A stretch of 64,000 nucleotides of DNA from a plasmid, in sequence record NZ_CP096760.1; one strand, 5' to 3'. Positions 9,547 to 18,774 of this stretch are shown here, in pieces. Numbering within the stretch: the stretch's first letter is position 1; the number at the start of each line of letters is the position of its first letter. The notes under the pieces are model-generated. The model worked only from the letters and a program-made list of their open reading frames with translations, had not been told where the DNA came from and ran no database searches. A program made the translations under genes and the position numbers.

Positions 9547-10125
9547 ATGACGATGTTTGTATTGTTATCTGGAACAACGTGCAGCGGCAAAACAGCCATT
9601 GCTGACGCGCTGACCGAGAAATATGGGTTTAATCGTATTGTTACCACAACATCACGGCCGAAACGGGAAGGTGAGGTTGATGGTTTGCACTACCACTTTA
9701 TTACTCAAACAGAGTTTGATGCACTAAAAAAGGCTGATCAGTTCCTTGAGACAAATAAACATGGTAATTATGAATATGGCGTAACGATTGATAATTTCAA
9801 AACCTTGCCAGATGATCGAAATGCCATAATTATTGTCGACCCAAATGGATATAAGAAGATTAAGCGTTATCTGAAAGCAAATGAAATTAAATATCTTGGG
9901 GTTTTTGTCGACGCTGATATTAAAAGCCGTCTACAACGTTTAATTGTTCGAGCAGATCAGAAACTTGCGGAACGTTTAGAGGTCATGATTCAGGTCGAAT
10001 CTCATTGGATAAACGAAATCAACCAGTACGATATGTTGATTCAGAATGATGAAACAATTGAAGATGCCTTAGAGCCGATTTTAGATCATGTGCGCCGTGC
10101 AGGACATTTAGATAAAATAGCCTAA
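9547..10125 (+). CDS. Guanylate-kinase-like nucleoside monophosphate kinase
   Basis: P-loop LLSGTTCSGKT followed by TTTSRPKREGEVDGLHYHF, matching the Gmk motif pattern. Confidence 0.7.
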   Translation: MTMFVLLSGTTCSGKTAIADALTEKYGFNRIVTTTSRPKREGEVDGLHYHFITQTEFDALKKADQFLETNKHGNYEYGVTIDNFKTLPDDRNAIIIVDPNGYKKIKRYLKANEIKYLGVFVDADIKSRLQRLIVRADQKLAERLEVMIQVESHWINEINQYDMLIQNDETIEDALEPILDHVRRAGHLDKIA

Positions 10126-10163
10126 GCATTTTGATGAACAATTAAAATTTCCTAAAATAGAAT

Positions 10164-10197
10164 GCTCCGATAATTTCAATAATTTCGGAGTTTTTTT
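10164..10197 (+). terminator. Candidate intrinsic terminator
   Basis: GCTCCGA...TCGGAG stem followed by a T7 run. The loop is large, so the call is weak. Confidence 0.35.
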
Positions 10198-10818
10198 ATG
10201 CTACTAAAATCTGTTCCTGGTGTTTTGCCTGCACTTAAAAATAGCGATTTGGCAACTACGAAATTATGGACCACTCACATTGAAAGAATTACAAATTATC
10301 AATTAAACGCCGTAATTGCTAAATTCAAGTTTAAAAATGAAGAAAGTCAAATTGATAAGGAAATTGAATACGCGGTTAGTCAGATTAATGACGCTATTTA
10401 TAACCGCCAAATCAACTCGGTAAAAATTGCCCGATTTAAATCAAAAAAAGATCATTCCATTACGGTGAGCAACCTAATTGCTGGTTTATTGAAGCTGAAG
10501 GAAGTTGAAAGAAAGGCTGTGTTGTTCTCATTAGAATCAGGATTAAGCCTTGATGAAGTGACAAACTTAGAAGTTAGACAAGCCAATGTGGCGGCTAGAA
10601 ACTCAAAACTAGCGAGAGAAATTATTAAAAATTGCCCTGTGAGTATCAAAACAAACTATTTATTTTGGGAATCAAATGAGGAAAAGGAGCATGAAAAGCT
10701 CAAAAATTTAGAGCAAGCTGTGTTTGAAGCCTTTGGTTTTGACTTCAAACTGCTTGCCCTAAAATACGAGAATATTATTTACGACGAATGGTTTGAATTT
10801 CTTGGTCAGACGTCGTAA
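10198..10818 (+). CDS. hypothetical protein
   Basis: 206-aa ORF. Confidence 0.5.
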   Translation: MLLKSVPGVLPALKNSDLATTKLWTTHIERITNYQLNAVIAKFKFKNEESQIDKEIEYAVSQINDAIYNRQINSVKIARFKSKKDHSITVSNLIAGLLKLKEVERKAVLFSLESGLSLDEVTNLEVRQANVAARNSKLAREIIKNCPVSIKTNYLFWESNEEKEHEKLKNLEQAVFEAFGFDFKLLALKYENIIYDEWFEFLGQTS

Positions 10819-11234
10819 TTGTCGCCGAGTTTTTTGATTCGACGAGCCGTATATTCTTCTAAAGCTTCATTGAGCATGGTTGTAAAAGTGGTCTTGTTAG
10901 AACCCATGCCAATGGAGCTGATAGATTTAAGCCAGTTCAAACGAAGGTACATTTCTTGGCTAATATTGTTGTTAAAAGGACGTTGAATTAATTTCAAGTC
11001 TTCAGGAGCAATATTAATGCCCTGACGCCAAGGCGCTTCACGGTCCTTTTTCTCTTTAGGTTTGCTTAATCCTGATAGCTCATCAAGCTTTTCAAAATCT
11101 ACAGGTTTTTCATTAGCTTCTGGCGTTGCTGTTGCAGTTTGTACTGGAGCACTCTTGGTAAAATCAGAAGCATTTGAATTTTCAGCTTGTACTTTTGCAG
11201 CTTTGCCTAATGATAATCCACCACGTCCACTCAT
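10806..11234 (-). CDS. Putative partition partner (ParB/ParG-like centromere-binding protein)
   Basis: Small protein translationally coupled downstream of parA. The assignment rests on position only. Confidence 0.4.
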   Translation of the reverse strand: MSGRGGLSLGKAAKVQAENSNASDFTKSAPVQTATATPEANEKPVDFEKLDELSGLSKPKEKKDREAPWRQGINIAPEDLKLIQRPFNNNISQEMYLRLNWLKSISSIGMGSNKTTFTTMLNEALEEYTARRIKKLGDNYDV

Positions 11235-11908
11235 TTGAACAACTCCTCAGCCAATGCATTTACTTCTTCTGCTGCCTTAGAGGCACCAATATTTAACTCA
11301 ATAACACCAAGACCCATGCCATAAGCTCTTGAATATGCAATACGGTCGTAATTTACTGAATCGAGAACTTTTGCAAAATCTTCAACTTCTTTAAACGCAT
11401 TACGCGCATCGTCTAAAGCTGTGATACGTGCATTTGTCGGGACTTGAGTGATATAGATGTAGACATGAAGTGGATCGAGGTCCCTTTCATTTACACGGAT
11501 ATTATTTGCTTCTTCAATTAATTCCAAAATTTCCCCAGTTGATTCTACGTCAGCTTGGTTAGGGCGAGTTGGAATAAGAATGGCATCGGAGCAAAGCAGC
11601 GCTTCACGGAAGCCAGAAGAGTCATAACCACCGCAATCGAGAATTACGTTGGGTGTTTCACTTTCAATTTTTGGAATGACTTTGTCAATTTCAGGTTGAC
11701 CAAACAAATGATAAGTTTTGATTGAGCCGGTCTTTTCTAAGAAAGTTTGGGCTTGACGATAAATCCCCCATTTAACCGAATTTTTATTGGCGTCAAGGTC
11801 GACAAGAGCTACATCTTGTTTTTCATTATTGGCAATCCATGCAGCCAAATTGGTAGCCGTAGTTGTTTTGCCGACGCCACCTTTTGAATTGGCGATCAAT
11901 AATTTCAT
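11231..11908 (-). CDS. parA: ParA/Soj-family partition ATPase
   Basis: Deviant Walker A KGGVGKTTTATNLA. Confidence 0.85.
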   Translation of the reverse strand: MKLLIANSKGGVGKTTTATNLAAWIANNEKQDVALVDLDANKNSVKWGIYRQAQTFLEKTGSIKTYHLFGQPEIDKVIPKIESETPNVILDCGGYDSSGFREALLCSDAILIPTRPNQADVESTGEILELIEEANNIRVNERDLDPLHVYIYITQVPTNARITALDDARNAFKEVEDFAKVLDSVNYDRIAYSRAYGMGLGVIELNIGASKAAEEVNALAEELFK

Positions 11909-11993
11909 TAAATCCTCAACATAAACGTTGGCGAAAATCGTAGTGTAATAGTAAATGCGCTAGATAACAATGTATAAACTTGTATTCATTGAT

Positions 11994-12027
11994 ATGTAGA
12001 AATCTATATAGAAATCTATATAGATTA
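11994..12027. repeat. Direct/palindromic repeats upstream of parA (candidate centromere/operator)
   Basis: ATGTAGAAATCTATATAGAAATCTATATAGATTA: TAGAAATCTATA twice, with an embedded palindrome ATCTATATAGAT. Confidence 0.45.
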
Positions 12028-12110
12028 TTAATTTAAAAATCAGATTGTATTTAACCAAAACAAAATGTTTATTAGTTCTAATTGCTTACATATAAATTCA
12101 TAGGCTTAAA

Positions 12111-12518
12111 ATGCAGAATCAAATCAGACAATTAGAAGATGGAACTTTTGAAATAGGTACTTGGATTCAGAATGCAAATGGTGAAGTTGTGTTCTTTGAT
12201 GCTACGAGTGCGAAAACTTTAGAAGAAGCAAACAAGATTGCTGATGAGTTGGATGATCAGGAATTTAAATTAGCCAAGAGCGAAATTGATATGCTTGGCG
12301 GCATTCAAGGTGCAAATAAGGTTCTGGAGCTCATGAATGAAAACGAAGCCGTTGCCGTTGAATTTGATAAAAACCGCTTTGATATTAATGAATTAAAATT
12401 CTACAACCAAAAAGATTTTGAGCAGCGAATGGATGATTACCTAGATAATGGTGAGACTGCAACTATCTATATGCAGACTTTGAAATCCAAAGCCTGCTGC
12501 ACAAAACTAGATTTTTGA
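12111..12518 (+). CDS. hypothetical protein
   Basis: 135-aa acidic ORF. Confidence 0.5.
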   Translation: MQNQIRQLEDGTFEIGTWIQNANGEVVFFDATSAKTLEEANKIADELDDQEFKLAKSEIDMLGGIQGANKVLELMNENEAVAVEFDKNRFDINELKFYNQKDFEQRMDDYLDNGETATIYMQTLKSKACCTKLDF

Positions 12519-12522
12519 AATT

Positions 12523-13143
12523 TTAATTTAACTTTTCAGCAACTTGGCGGAGCAATTCCGGATCCGATGCAAAATATTTTTGCGTGGTCAGGATTGAGCT
12601 ATGCCCCATCAATTGTTGAATTGAATAAATATCACCGCCCTTTCTTATTAGCCTTGTGGCAAAGGAACGTCGACCGGAATGGCTGGTTGCTTGAATACCA
12701 GCCTTCTTATAACAGTTATTAATCATGGTCACCATGCTATTTGGTGAGAATGGACCGCCCTTCTGCGATAAAAATAAAGGTGCGTCTGGATCCTTTGGTC
12801 TTTCTTTTGTTATGTATTCTTCTACCAGTGATCTAGCGATTGGATTGACCAGGAATACCTCTCGGTAGCGGTTGCCTTTAGTAATATTACCGAGCAATCG
12901 AATAATATCCTTCAGCTTACCCTTCTTCACCTCGTAAACATCGCCGACCTTTAACATTGATAATTCTTTAGCGCGAAGCCCAAGGAAGTGTGAGAAATAC
13001 AAAACACATTTGTTCCGTAATGCATTTACGCCCGTTTGAGTGGCCAAAGTAATCTCAAGATCATCTTCTGACACATATGGGGCTTTTCCAGTTGTTGTTC
13101 TTGCCATAAATCGACCAAATAATTTTTTATTACATTTTTCCAA
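12523..13143 (-). CDS. Short tyrosine recombinase (catalytic domain only, 206 aa)
   Basis: Catalytic residues R (LRAKEL), HSGRRS (H-x-x-R), GHSSI and terminal QKY. There is no N-terminal core-binding domain. Confidence 0.75.
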   Translation of the reverse strand: MEKCNKKLFGRFMARTTTGKAPYVSEDDLEITLATQTGVNALRNKCVLYFSHFLGLRAKELSMLKVGDVYEVKKGKLKDIIRLLGNITKGNRYREVFLVNPIARSLVEEYITKERPKDPDAPLFLSQKGGPFSPNSMVTMINNCYKKAGIQATSHSGRRSFATRLIRKGGDIYSIQQLMGHSSILTTQKYFASDPELLRQVAEKLN

Positions 13144-13402
13144 AAACGGAAAGGATATAAAAACAGTCTACCACATGTCGAAAAATAAAAAATGTAATAA
13201 AAGATACATTTTATTATATTTTTTGGGGGTGCAAAAAGGCAGGGCGTCATATCCTGTCGTATACGTACTTTTCTATTAAGAGTGGTATTTCAAAGTTTGA
13301 TTTAAATTGGTAATCTATACCAATCTTGATTTTGTAACGTTTTCAAGTTTAGGAGGAGCTATGAAAGAAAAATTTAAAAACAGTAATTTAAAGGGTATGA
13401 AT

Positions 13403-13428
13403 AGCAAAAAGCCCGAACTTGATCGGGC
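13403..13428 (-). terminator. Intrinsic terminator after the repressor gene
   Basis: GCCCGA-ACTTGA-TCGGGC hairpin followed by a T-run on the minus strand. Confidence 0.5.
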
Positions 13429-13446
13429 AGTAAGAATAAAAACAGA

Positions 13447-13866
13447 TTAGCTGGCTTTAAGTGTTTCTAGGAAAGCATCAAAGGCTTCTTTCTGTCTTGG
13501 GTTATTGAAAAACTCAAAATTATGGCCAGCGTTTGCTTCGCGAATTTGTTTAATTAAATTCGATTCTGCATCAGTAATAAGAGGTTGCTCAATCATGGCT
13601 TCCATTTCTTCAAGCAGATGAGGCATGTATTCCTCTAGGCAGCGCATGAAGAGGTCTTTAGCATCGATTTTTAAAGCATCGGCCATAGCGCGCACACGTT
13701 CAAGAGGTAATTTGCTTTTACCGCGAACAATGAAGCTAACCATGTTTTGATTGATACCCATGATCTCTGCCAATTGCGACTGATTCAGATCCGATGCATT
13801 TAGTTGAGCGTCGAGATATTGGGCGACAGTTAGTTTGCGTTTGGTGTTAGTAGCTGCTGATTTCAT
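13447..13866 (-). CDS. XRE-family HTH transcriptional regulator (putative prophage repressor)
   Basis: HTH ...QSQLAEIMGINQNMVSFIVRG... It is divergent from the + strand gene array, with a 420-bp control region. Confidence 0.7.
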   Translation of the reverse strand: MKSAATNTKRKLTVAQYLDAQLNASDLNQSQLAEIMGINQNMVSFIVRGKSKLPLERVRAMADALKIDAKDLFMRCLEEYMPHLLEEMEAMIEQPLITDAESNLIKQIREANAGHNFEFFNNPRQKEAFDAFLETLKAS

Positions 13867-14287
13867 AGTAACGTTTTCCTTAGAATATTCTTAATAGATA
13901 TAAAGTCATAATGTCGGAATGTATCCTCGATACAACATTATAGACTTAAAATATTTGCGGTTTAGGTAAATTATATCAGTAAGTGCTGATTTACCCAAGT
14001 TCAAGAAAAGTACAGATTTGTATAGGATTGGATAACATGACATCGGTCACAATTAACGGAAAAATTTAGTAAGTAAGCATTGATTAATATTTTCTTATTT
14101 TTGGGTTAAACTAATGGTCAGACTATAGGTGAGTAGATGCTCATTTTAAGTACAGGCAATTTGTTAGCTGATGCAGACAATCATACTATAATGACAACGT
14201 ATCGACTGATACCAAGAGGAAGTATAAGCCTCATTCAAGCCAATTATTTGTCAAAAAAGTATGATAGTTAGAGTATAGGAGTAAAAA

Positions 14288-14482
14288 ATGTCGAAAAGTG
14301 TTGAAGTTATTACACCTGAAACCGTAGCAGATTTCTTGGCAGAGCAGGGTTCTGAACTGATCTTTGAGGGCAATCAAATTAATGTAATTAAAGGAAAAAA
14401 TGAGGAATGCGGTGATTTTCTTGTGATTAACAATGCACTTGGCGAAAATTTGTTTATTAAACTTAGCTATATAGTCTTATGA
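14288..14482 (+). CDS. hypothetical small protein
   Basis: 64-aa ORF with an RBS (AGGAG), first gene after the switch region. Confidence 0.45.
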   Translation: MSKSVEVITPETVADFLAEQGSELIFEGNQINVIKGKNEECGDFLVINNALGENLFIKLSYIVL

Positions 14483-14643
14483 GTCTACCTAAATAATTAA
14501 AAATCCCTCACTTGACCCTTCTCTGTGGTTAGTGTCCAAGGTTTGATGCTGACCACGGTCAAAATAAACCCTCTATTAAAACTCAAAATCTCCCCAATTT
14601 CACTCTTTATTTTTCAATAAATATTTTTATAATGCTTTTTAAT

Positions 14644-14666
14644 ATTAGTAAGCACTTATTAATATA
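14644..14666 (+). promoter_or_regulatory. Palindromic promoter-like element
   Basis: ATTAGTAAGCACTTATTAATAT. Confidence 0.4.
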
Positions 14667-14722
14667 CTGTCAAGTCTGTATATAGACCTCCAATAATGAT
14701 TTTTTTAGATTGAGAATTTTCA

Positions 14723-16645
14723 ATGAATGAGCGCATACATATTTTAAGACAAGCAATTGTCGTCGTTACCCAAGCACTGACTAACTCTGATATTGCAGTA
14801 ACGCAAGAAGGTATTGAGGCAGGTGTGCATAAGGATCCAAAGACAGGCAAACCTGTGCGAATTAACCTTCCATATCTTCCGGACAATTCACCAGATTCGC
14901 TGATTGATGCGGTTCAAGGTTTTCTTGATCAAGAGGTAGCGAAGTATCTTTTTACCGATTTTTCTCTCAAGCTAAAAGGATCTGAAGAGGTAAAGACTTT
15001 AACTTCATTGTTAGAAGAAGCGCGTGTAGAACGTTGCATGGCTGAAAAATATCGCGGTTCAAATATCAATATGAAAAATGCGAGCCAATTTTTCATTGAT
15101 GAATTGATTGACGATAAATACCAAAAACTTGTAAAGGAAAAAGCTTCTGATGAAGAAATTACGCAACATTTAATGTTGCCAATGTTACGTGCGTTAAGTG
15201 GTCAGGAAGTCTTTGAACATTACTTAAAAGACAAAATGAAGCATATTAAACCTGTGTGGGACATGCTTACTCCTTTTAAGCCAGAGATTGAAAAATTAAA
15301 GTCCACAAAAGACACAATGGATTTGGCTCAGCGTATCTATAAGGTACTGAAAGATGAGCCTGAATTGCCAGAACTCCCTGACAGCGAGCATGATGAAGAT
15401 AGCGACAGCTTACCAGAGCCAAAATCGCCAGGTAAAAGCGCTGGTGTAGGCAATAGCGAAGATGAGAATGAAGAAGATGATGATGAAGGTGGTTCTCTAG
15501 GTGGAGCTGTTGGTGCCGATGAGGGCGAAGATGAAGAAGGCGAAGGCGGTAGTGGTGGAAAAGCTAAACAACGGCCTAATGCAGTTAAGCATTCACTAGA
15601 AAGTGACGATAAGAAGAGTGCCCCTCCTCGTAGTGAATTTGTGGCCGCAATTCTGGACTCGTTAAAAGACACCGAAAACAACTACAGTGAGCAACTAAGC
15701 AAGAAGATTGCACAACGCACAGCAGCGGACGTTAAAAAATCTAAATACGCAGTATTTACCAATGAAGGTGATGTCATTGAACCGCTTGAAGTTCCTAAAC
15801 TTCATTACGATGACAAGATGTTTAAACGTCTTGAAGACAAGGTAGCTTCAATGGTTGGTCCTATGCAGAAAGATATGGAGCGGGCAATTCAGGCACGAAG
15901 TAAATCTGTATGGGAAAATGGATTAAAACAAGGAAAATTAAACAGTTCATCTTTAGCACGACTGGCTTCAACTGGTGATTGTCGAATTTTTCGTAAGCGC
16001 GTTGAATCAAAAACCAAAGACGTTGCTGTGAGCTTGGTCGTCGATATGTCAGGTTCAATGTGCGGTTCTAAAATCCATACTGCCGCTGCTGCGAGTTACG
16101 CACTATCAAACGTTCTGGATCGTCTCAAGATTCCTCATGAAGTGATCTGCTTTACTACTCATACAGACTCAGCCACTTACCACAAGCGTTTAAAGCAAAT
16201 TCGTGAAGCAGAAAAAAAATATGGCGTTAGTTATTCACGCTATGAAAACCTTTATATGCCTGTCATTAAAGGCTACAACGAGCGCATTAATACTGAAACA
16301 AAACGTCGATTTGGATGGCTTCCTCACTCAGGTTTAATGGCGAGTAACATTGATGGCGAATGTGTAGAAATTGCTGCACGTCGTCTAATGGGTCGTAAGG
16401 AAGCAGGTAAAATTATGATGGTGCTATCTGATGGCTCACCTGCGGGTGGAGGTAACAGTCGAGATCTGGAATATCATTTAAAAGAAGTGGTGAAGAAAAT
16501 CGAGAAGAGCAAGGTAGACGTCATTGGTATTGGAATTGAAGATGATTCTGTTCGTAGATTCTATGACAAACATGTGGTGATTCATGACGTTGAGCAATTA
16601 CCTAGCCTTGTAATCTCGCGTTTACGCAGTATGTTGTTAGCTTAG
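14723..16645 (+). CDS. CobT-like VWA-domain protein with acidic Gly/Glu/Asp-rich insert
   Basis: C-terminal VWA MIDAS-like VVDMSGSM...SDG. Internal low-complexity EDENEEDDDEGGSLGG...GEDEEGEGGSGG. Confidence 0.7.
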   Translation: MNERIHILRQAIVVVTQALTNSDIAVTQEGIEAGVHKDPKTGKPVRINLPYLPDNSPDSLIDAVQGFLDQEVAKYLFTDFSLKLKGSEEVKTLTSLLEEARVERCMAEKYRGSNINMKNASQFFIDELIDDKYQKLVKEKASDEEITQHLMLPMLRALSGQEVFEHYLKDKMKHIKPVWDMLTPFKPEIEKLKSTKDTMDLAQRIYKVLKDEPELPELPDSEHDEDSDSLPEPKSPGKSAGVGNSEDENEEDDDEGGSLGGAVGADEGEDEEGEGGSGGKAKQRPNAVKHSLESDDKKSAPPRSEFVAAILDSLKDTENNYSEQLSKKIAQRTAADVKKSKYAVFTNEGDVIEPLEVPKLHYDDKMFKRLEDKVASMVGPMQKDMERAIQARSKSVWENGLKQGKLNSSSLARLASTGDCRIFRKRVESKTKDVAVSLVVDMSGSMCGSKIHTAAAASYALSNVLDRLKIPHEVICFTTHTDSATYHKRLKQIREAEKKYGVSYSRYENLYMPVIKGYNERINTETKRRFGWLPHSGLMASNIDGECVEIAARRLMGRKEAGKIMMVLSDGSPAGGGNSRDLEYHLKEVVKKIEKSKVDVIGIGIEDDSVRRFYDKHVVIHDVEQLPSLVISRLRSMLLA

Positions 16646-16684
16646 AATTTGGGTGGAGATTGCATCATTTGGGTATTATAAAAT

Positions 16685-16712
16685 ATTAGTAAGCACTTAC
16701 TTTATTTTTATG
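16685..16712 (+). promoter_or_regulatory. Palindromic promoter-like element
   Basis: ATTAGTAAGCACTTACTTTATTTTTATGAT. Confidence 0.4.
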
Positions 16713-16789
16713 ATGCAATCTTATAAACTTTCAATATCAGTTAGTGATACTTTTTCATAAATTATCGAATCCGTTTTTGGAGCTTATAA

Positions 16790-18034
16790 ATGTCTAACGA
16801 TCCTATTATCTGTGAAATCTGTGGTGGAAAAACTCACGTAATTGCTAAGCATTTAAAAGAAAAACATCCTGAAACTACGTATGAAGAGTACAAGAAACAG
16901 TATCCAGATAGCCCTTTATTGTCGCCTTTAGCGCAGAAAAAGATGCAAGAACAGGCTGAACTGAAAAGAGCTAAAGAAGCAGAGTTAGCAAAGGCGCAAC
17001 AAGAAAAAGCAACAGATACTTCAACATCTAAGGAAGAAACAACAGTGTCTACTAATAACCACAATGTAAAGTTAGCGCTTACTAATATTGAGGCAAAACC
17101 AAACGATATTGTGGTGTCTAAACCATTTCATGAAATCTTTGATCTGAAAGGTAAAAGCGCGCTTAGTGGTTCAGGTAAACCGATTCCAATCTCATGCATT
17201 GAGAACTCTGCCTTCCCGGAAATGATTCCAGAAATTAATGATACGTATGTATGGAACGTGAACGAGCTGAAGGATGTCATGATTGCATTGGAGCTAAACA
17301 TCAACCCTTACGTGTGGGGACACAAAGGTGCTGGTAAATCAGAAATGTTTGACCAGATCGCAGCTCGAACTGGCCGTCCTCTTGTTCGTATTCAGCACAC
17401 TTCAAATACAGAAGAATCTCACATTGTAGGTATGTGGACGGTTAAAAATGGTGAAACCATCTTTGAGCTTGGGCCATTAGCTTTAGCGATGAAGCATGGC
17501 TGGATGTATTTGGCTGACGAATATGATTTCGCGCAACCAAACGTTTTATCTGTATATCAAGCTGTACTAGAAGGTAAACCTTTATATATCAAAGAAGCAG
17601 ATGCAGCTAACCGTGTCATCAAACCACATCCAAACTTCCGTTTTGCTGCAACAGGTAACACGAACGGTTCAGGTGATGAAACTGGTCTTTATCAGGGTAC
17701 TAACTTACAGAACTCAGCGAACTACGACCGTTTTGGCTCAGTGATCTATAAGAGCTACATGAAGAAAGAAGATGAGTCCTTGATTATCCAGAAACGTGTA
17801 GGTTTATGCGCAGAGGATGCTGACAAGTTAGTGGATTATGCAAACTTGGTACGCGAGCAATATGCAAACTCTAAGATCAGCGACACCATCTCACCACGTT
17901 CATTAATCAACGCAGCAATGATTGGCTTGCGTCGTAACGATTACAAGCACGGTCTCAAATTGGCGTTTACTAACAAGCTCACTCAAGTCGATCAGCAAGT
18001 TGCGGAAGACTTGGCTCAACGAGTGTTCGGTTAA
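16790..18034 (+). CDS. CobS/MoxR-like AAA+ ATPase with N-terminal zinc ribbon
   Basis: CEICGG...HLKEKH zinc ribbon; Walker A GHKGAGKSE. Adjacent to the VWA partner. Confidence 0.7.
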   Translation: MSNDPIICEICGGKTHVIAKHLKEKHPETTYEEYKKQYPDSPLLSPLAQKKMQEQAELKRAKEAELAKAQQEKATDTSTSKEETTVSTNNHNVKLALTNIEAKPNDIVVSKPFHEIFDLKGKSALSGSGKPIPISCIENSAFPEMIPEINDTYVWNVNELKDVMIALELNINPYVWGHKGAGKSEMFDQIAARTGRPLVRIQHTSNTEESHIVGMWTVKNGETIFELGPLALAMKHGWMYLADEYDFAQPNVLSVYQAVLEGKPLYIKEADAANRVIKPHPNFRFAATGNTNGSGDETGLYQGTNLQNSANYDRFGSVIYKSYMKKEDESLIIQKRVGLCAEDADKLVDYANLVREQYANSKISDTISPRSLINAAMIGLRRNDYKHGLKLAFTNKLTQVDQQVAEDLAQRVFG

Positions 18035-18058
18035 TTCGGACACTTTTGGGGGTGGGCT

Positions 18059-18724
18059 ATGGTAAGAAATCAAGATCAGCTTTTCAGAGATCATGACAAG
18101 CTTCTTCGTCATTTGGCACACCGGAATATTAGCCGACTTACCTCAGTCGGCTATTGCATTGACGTTGAAGAGCTGTATGCCATTTTCTGTGAAGTTTTCG
18201 TGGTATCGATTCAGACTTGGGATGAAAGCAAAGGCAAATTAACGACTTATTTAACTACTGCTTGCCTCAACATGGTATCGAGATTACTGAAAAAATACCA
18301 TTTGGGCGATAACAGAACGGAATACGAGTCCGACATTTTGCATCGTATGGGTGATGGTGAAGATGACTGTGATTATGACGTTTTTGTTGATCACCAGAGC
18401 CAAAATATTTTAGGCCCATATGAGTTGATGCAGACTCTTACAGAAGAAATGCAGCAGCTTTCACCGTTCGCAAAAATTTTACTCAAATTCACCTTAAATC
18501 CGCCTGATTTCATTGAAAGAGAGTTGTTGGCACAAGAAGCCAAATATCAGCTTTCCCTCAATACGCCTGAGAAAAATGAATCGCGGGGACCAAGACGTCG
18601 CAAATTGAATCTAAGTTTTGTGGCTAATTGCATCATGAAAACAGCCGAAACAAACAAAGAAAAACGATTCATTCGTGACGCTGTGAAAGAAGTTGAAGAA
18701 GCCGTTACGCGAGTTGCTATCTAA
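18059..18724 (+). CDS. gp55-like phage late sigma factor (putative)
   Basis: TWDESKGKLTTYLTTACLNMVSRLLKK matches the pattern [27 protein letters not shown] recalled from T4 gp55 (sigma region 2-like). Confidence 0.5.
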   Translation: MVRNQDQLFRDHDKLLRHLAHRNISRLTSVGYCIDVEELYAIFCEVFVVSIQTWDESKGKLTTYLTTACLNMVSRLLKKYHLGDNRTEYESDILHRMGDGEDDCDYDVFVDHQSQNILGPYELMQTLTEEMQQLSPFAKILLKFTLNPPDFIERELLAQEAKYQLSLNTPEKNESRGPRRRKLNLSFVANCIMKTAETNKEKRFIRDAVKEVEEAVTRVAI

Positions 18725-18774
18725 ATCATTTCAACACTTTAAAAGTGTATATAGCGCAAAAGAGAGCGTTTTAA

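Noticed and set aside
12523-13143. Calling the 206-aa recombinase the integrase for the tRNA-Asn site at 62.1 kb
   Set aside because: The two are 49 kb apart, with two IS elements and host-type genes between them. No attL/attR-like duplicated tRNA fragment is visible in the window.
15337-15681. Minus-strand 114-aa Ser/Pro-rich ORF antisense to the VWA gene
   Set aside because: It coincides exactly with the GAA/GAT/GGT low-complexity acidic insert of the VWA protein and is an artefact of repeat composition.
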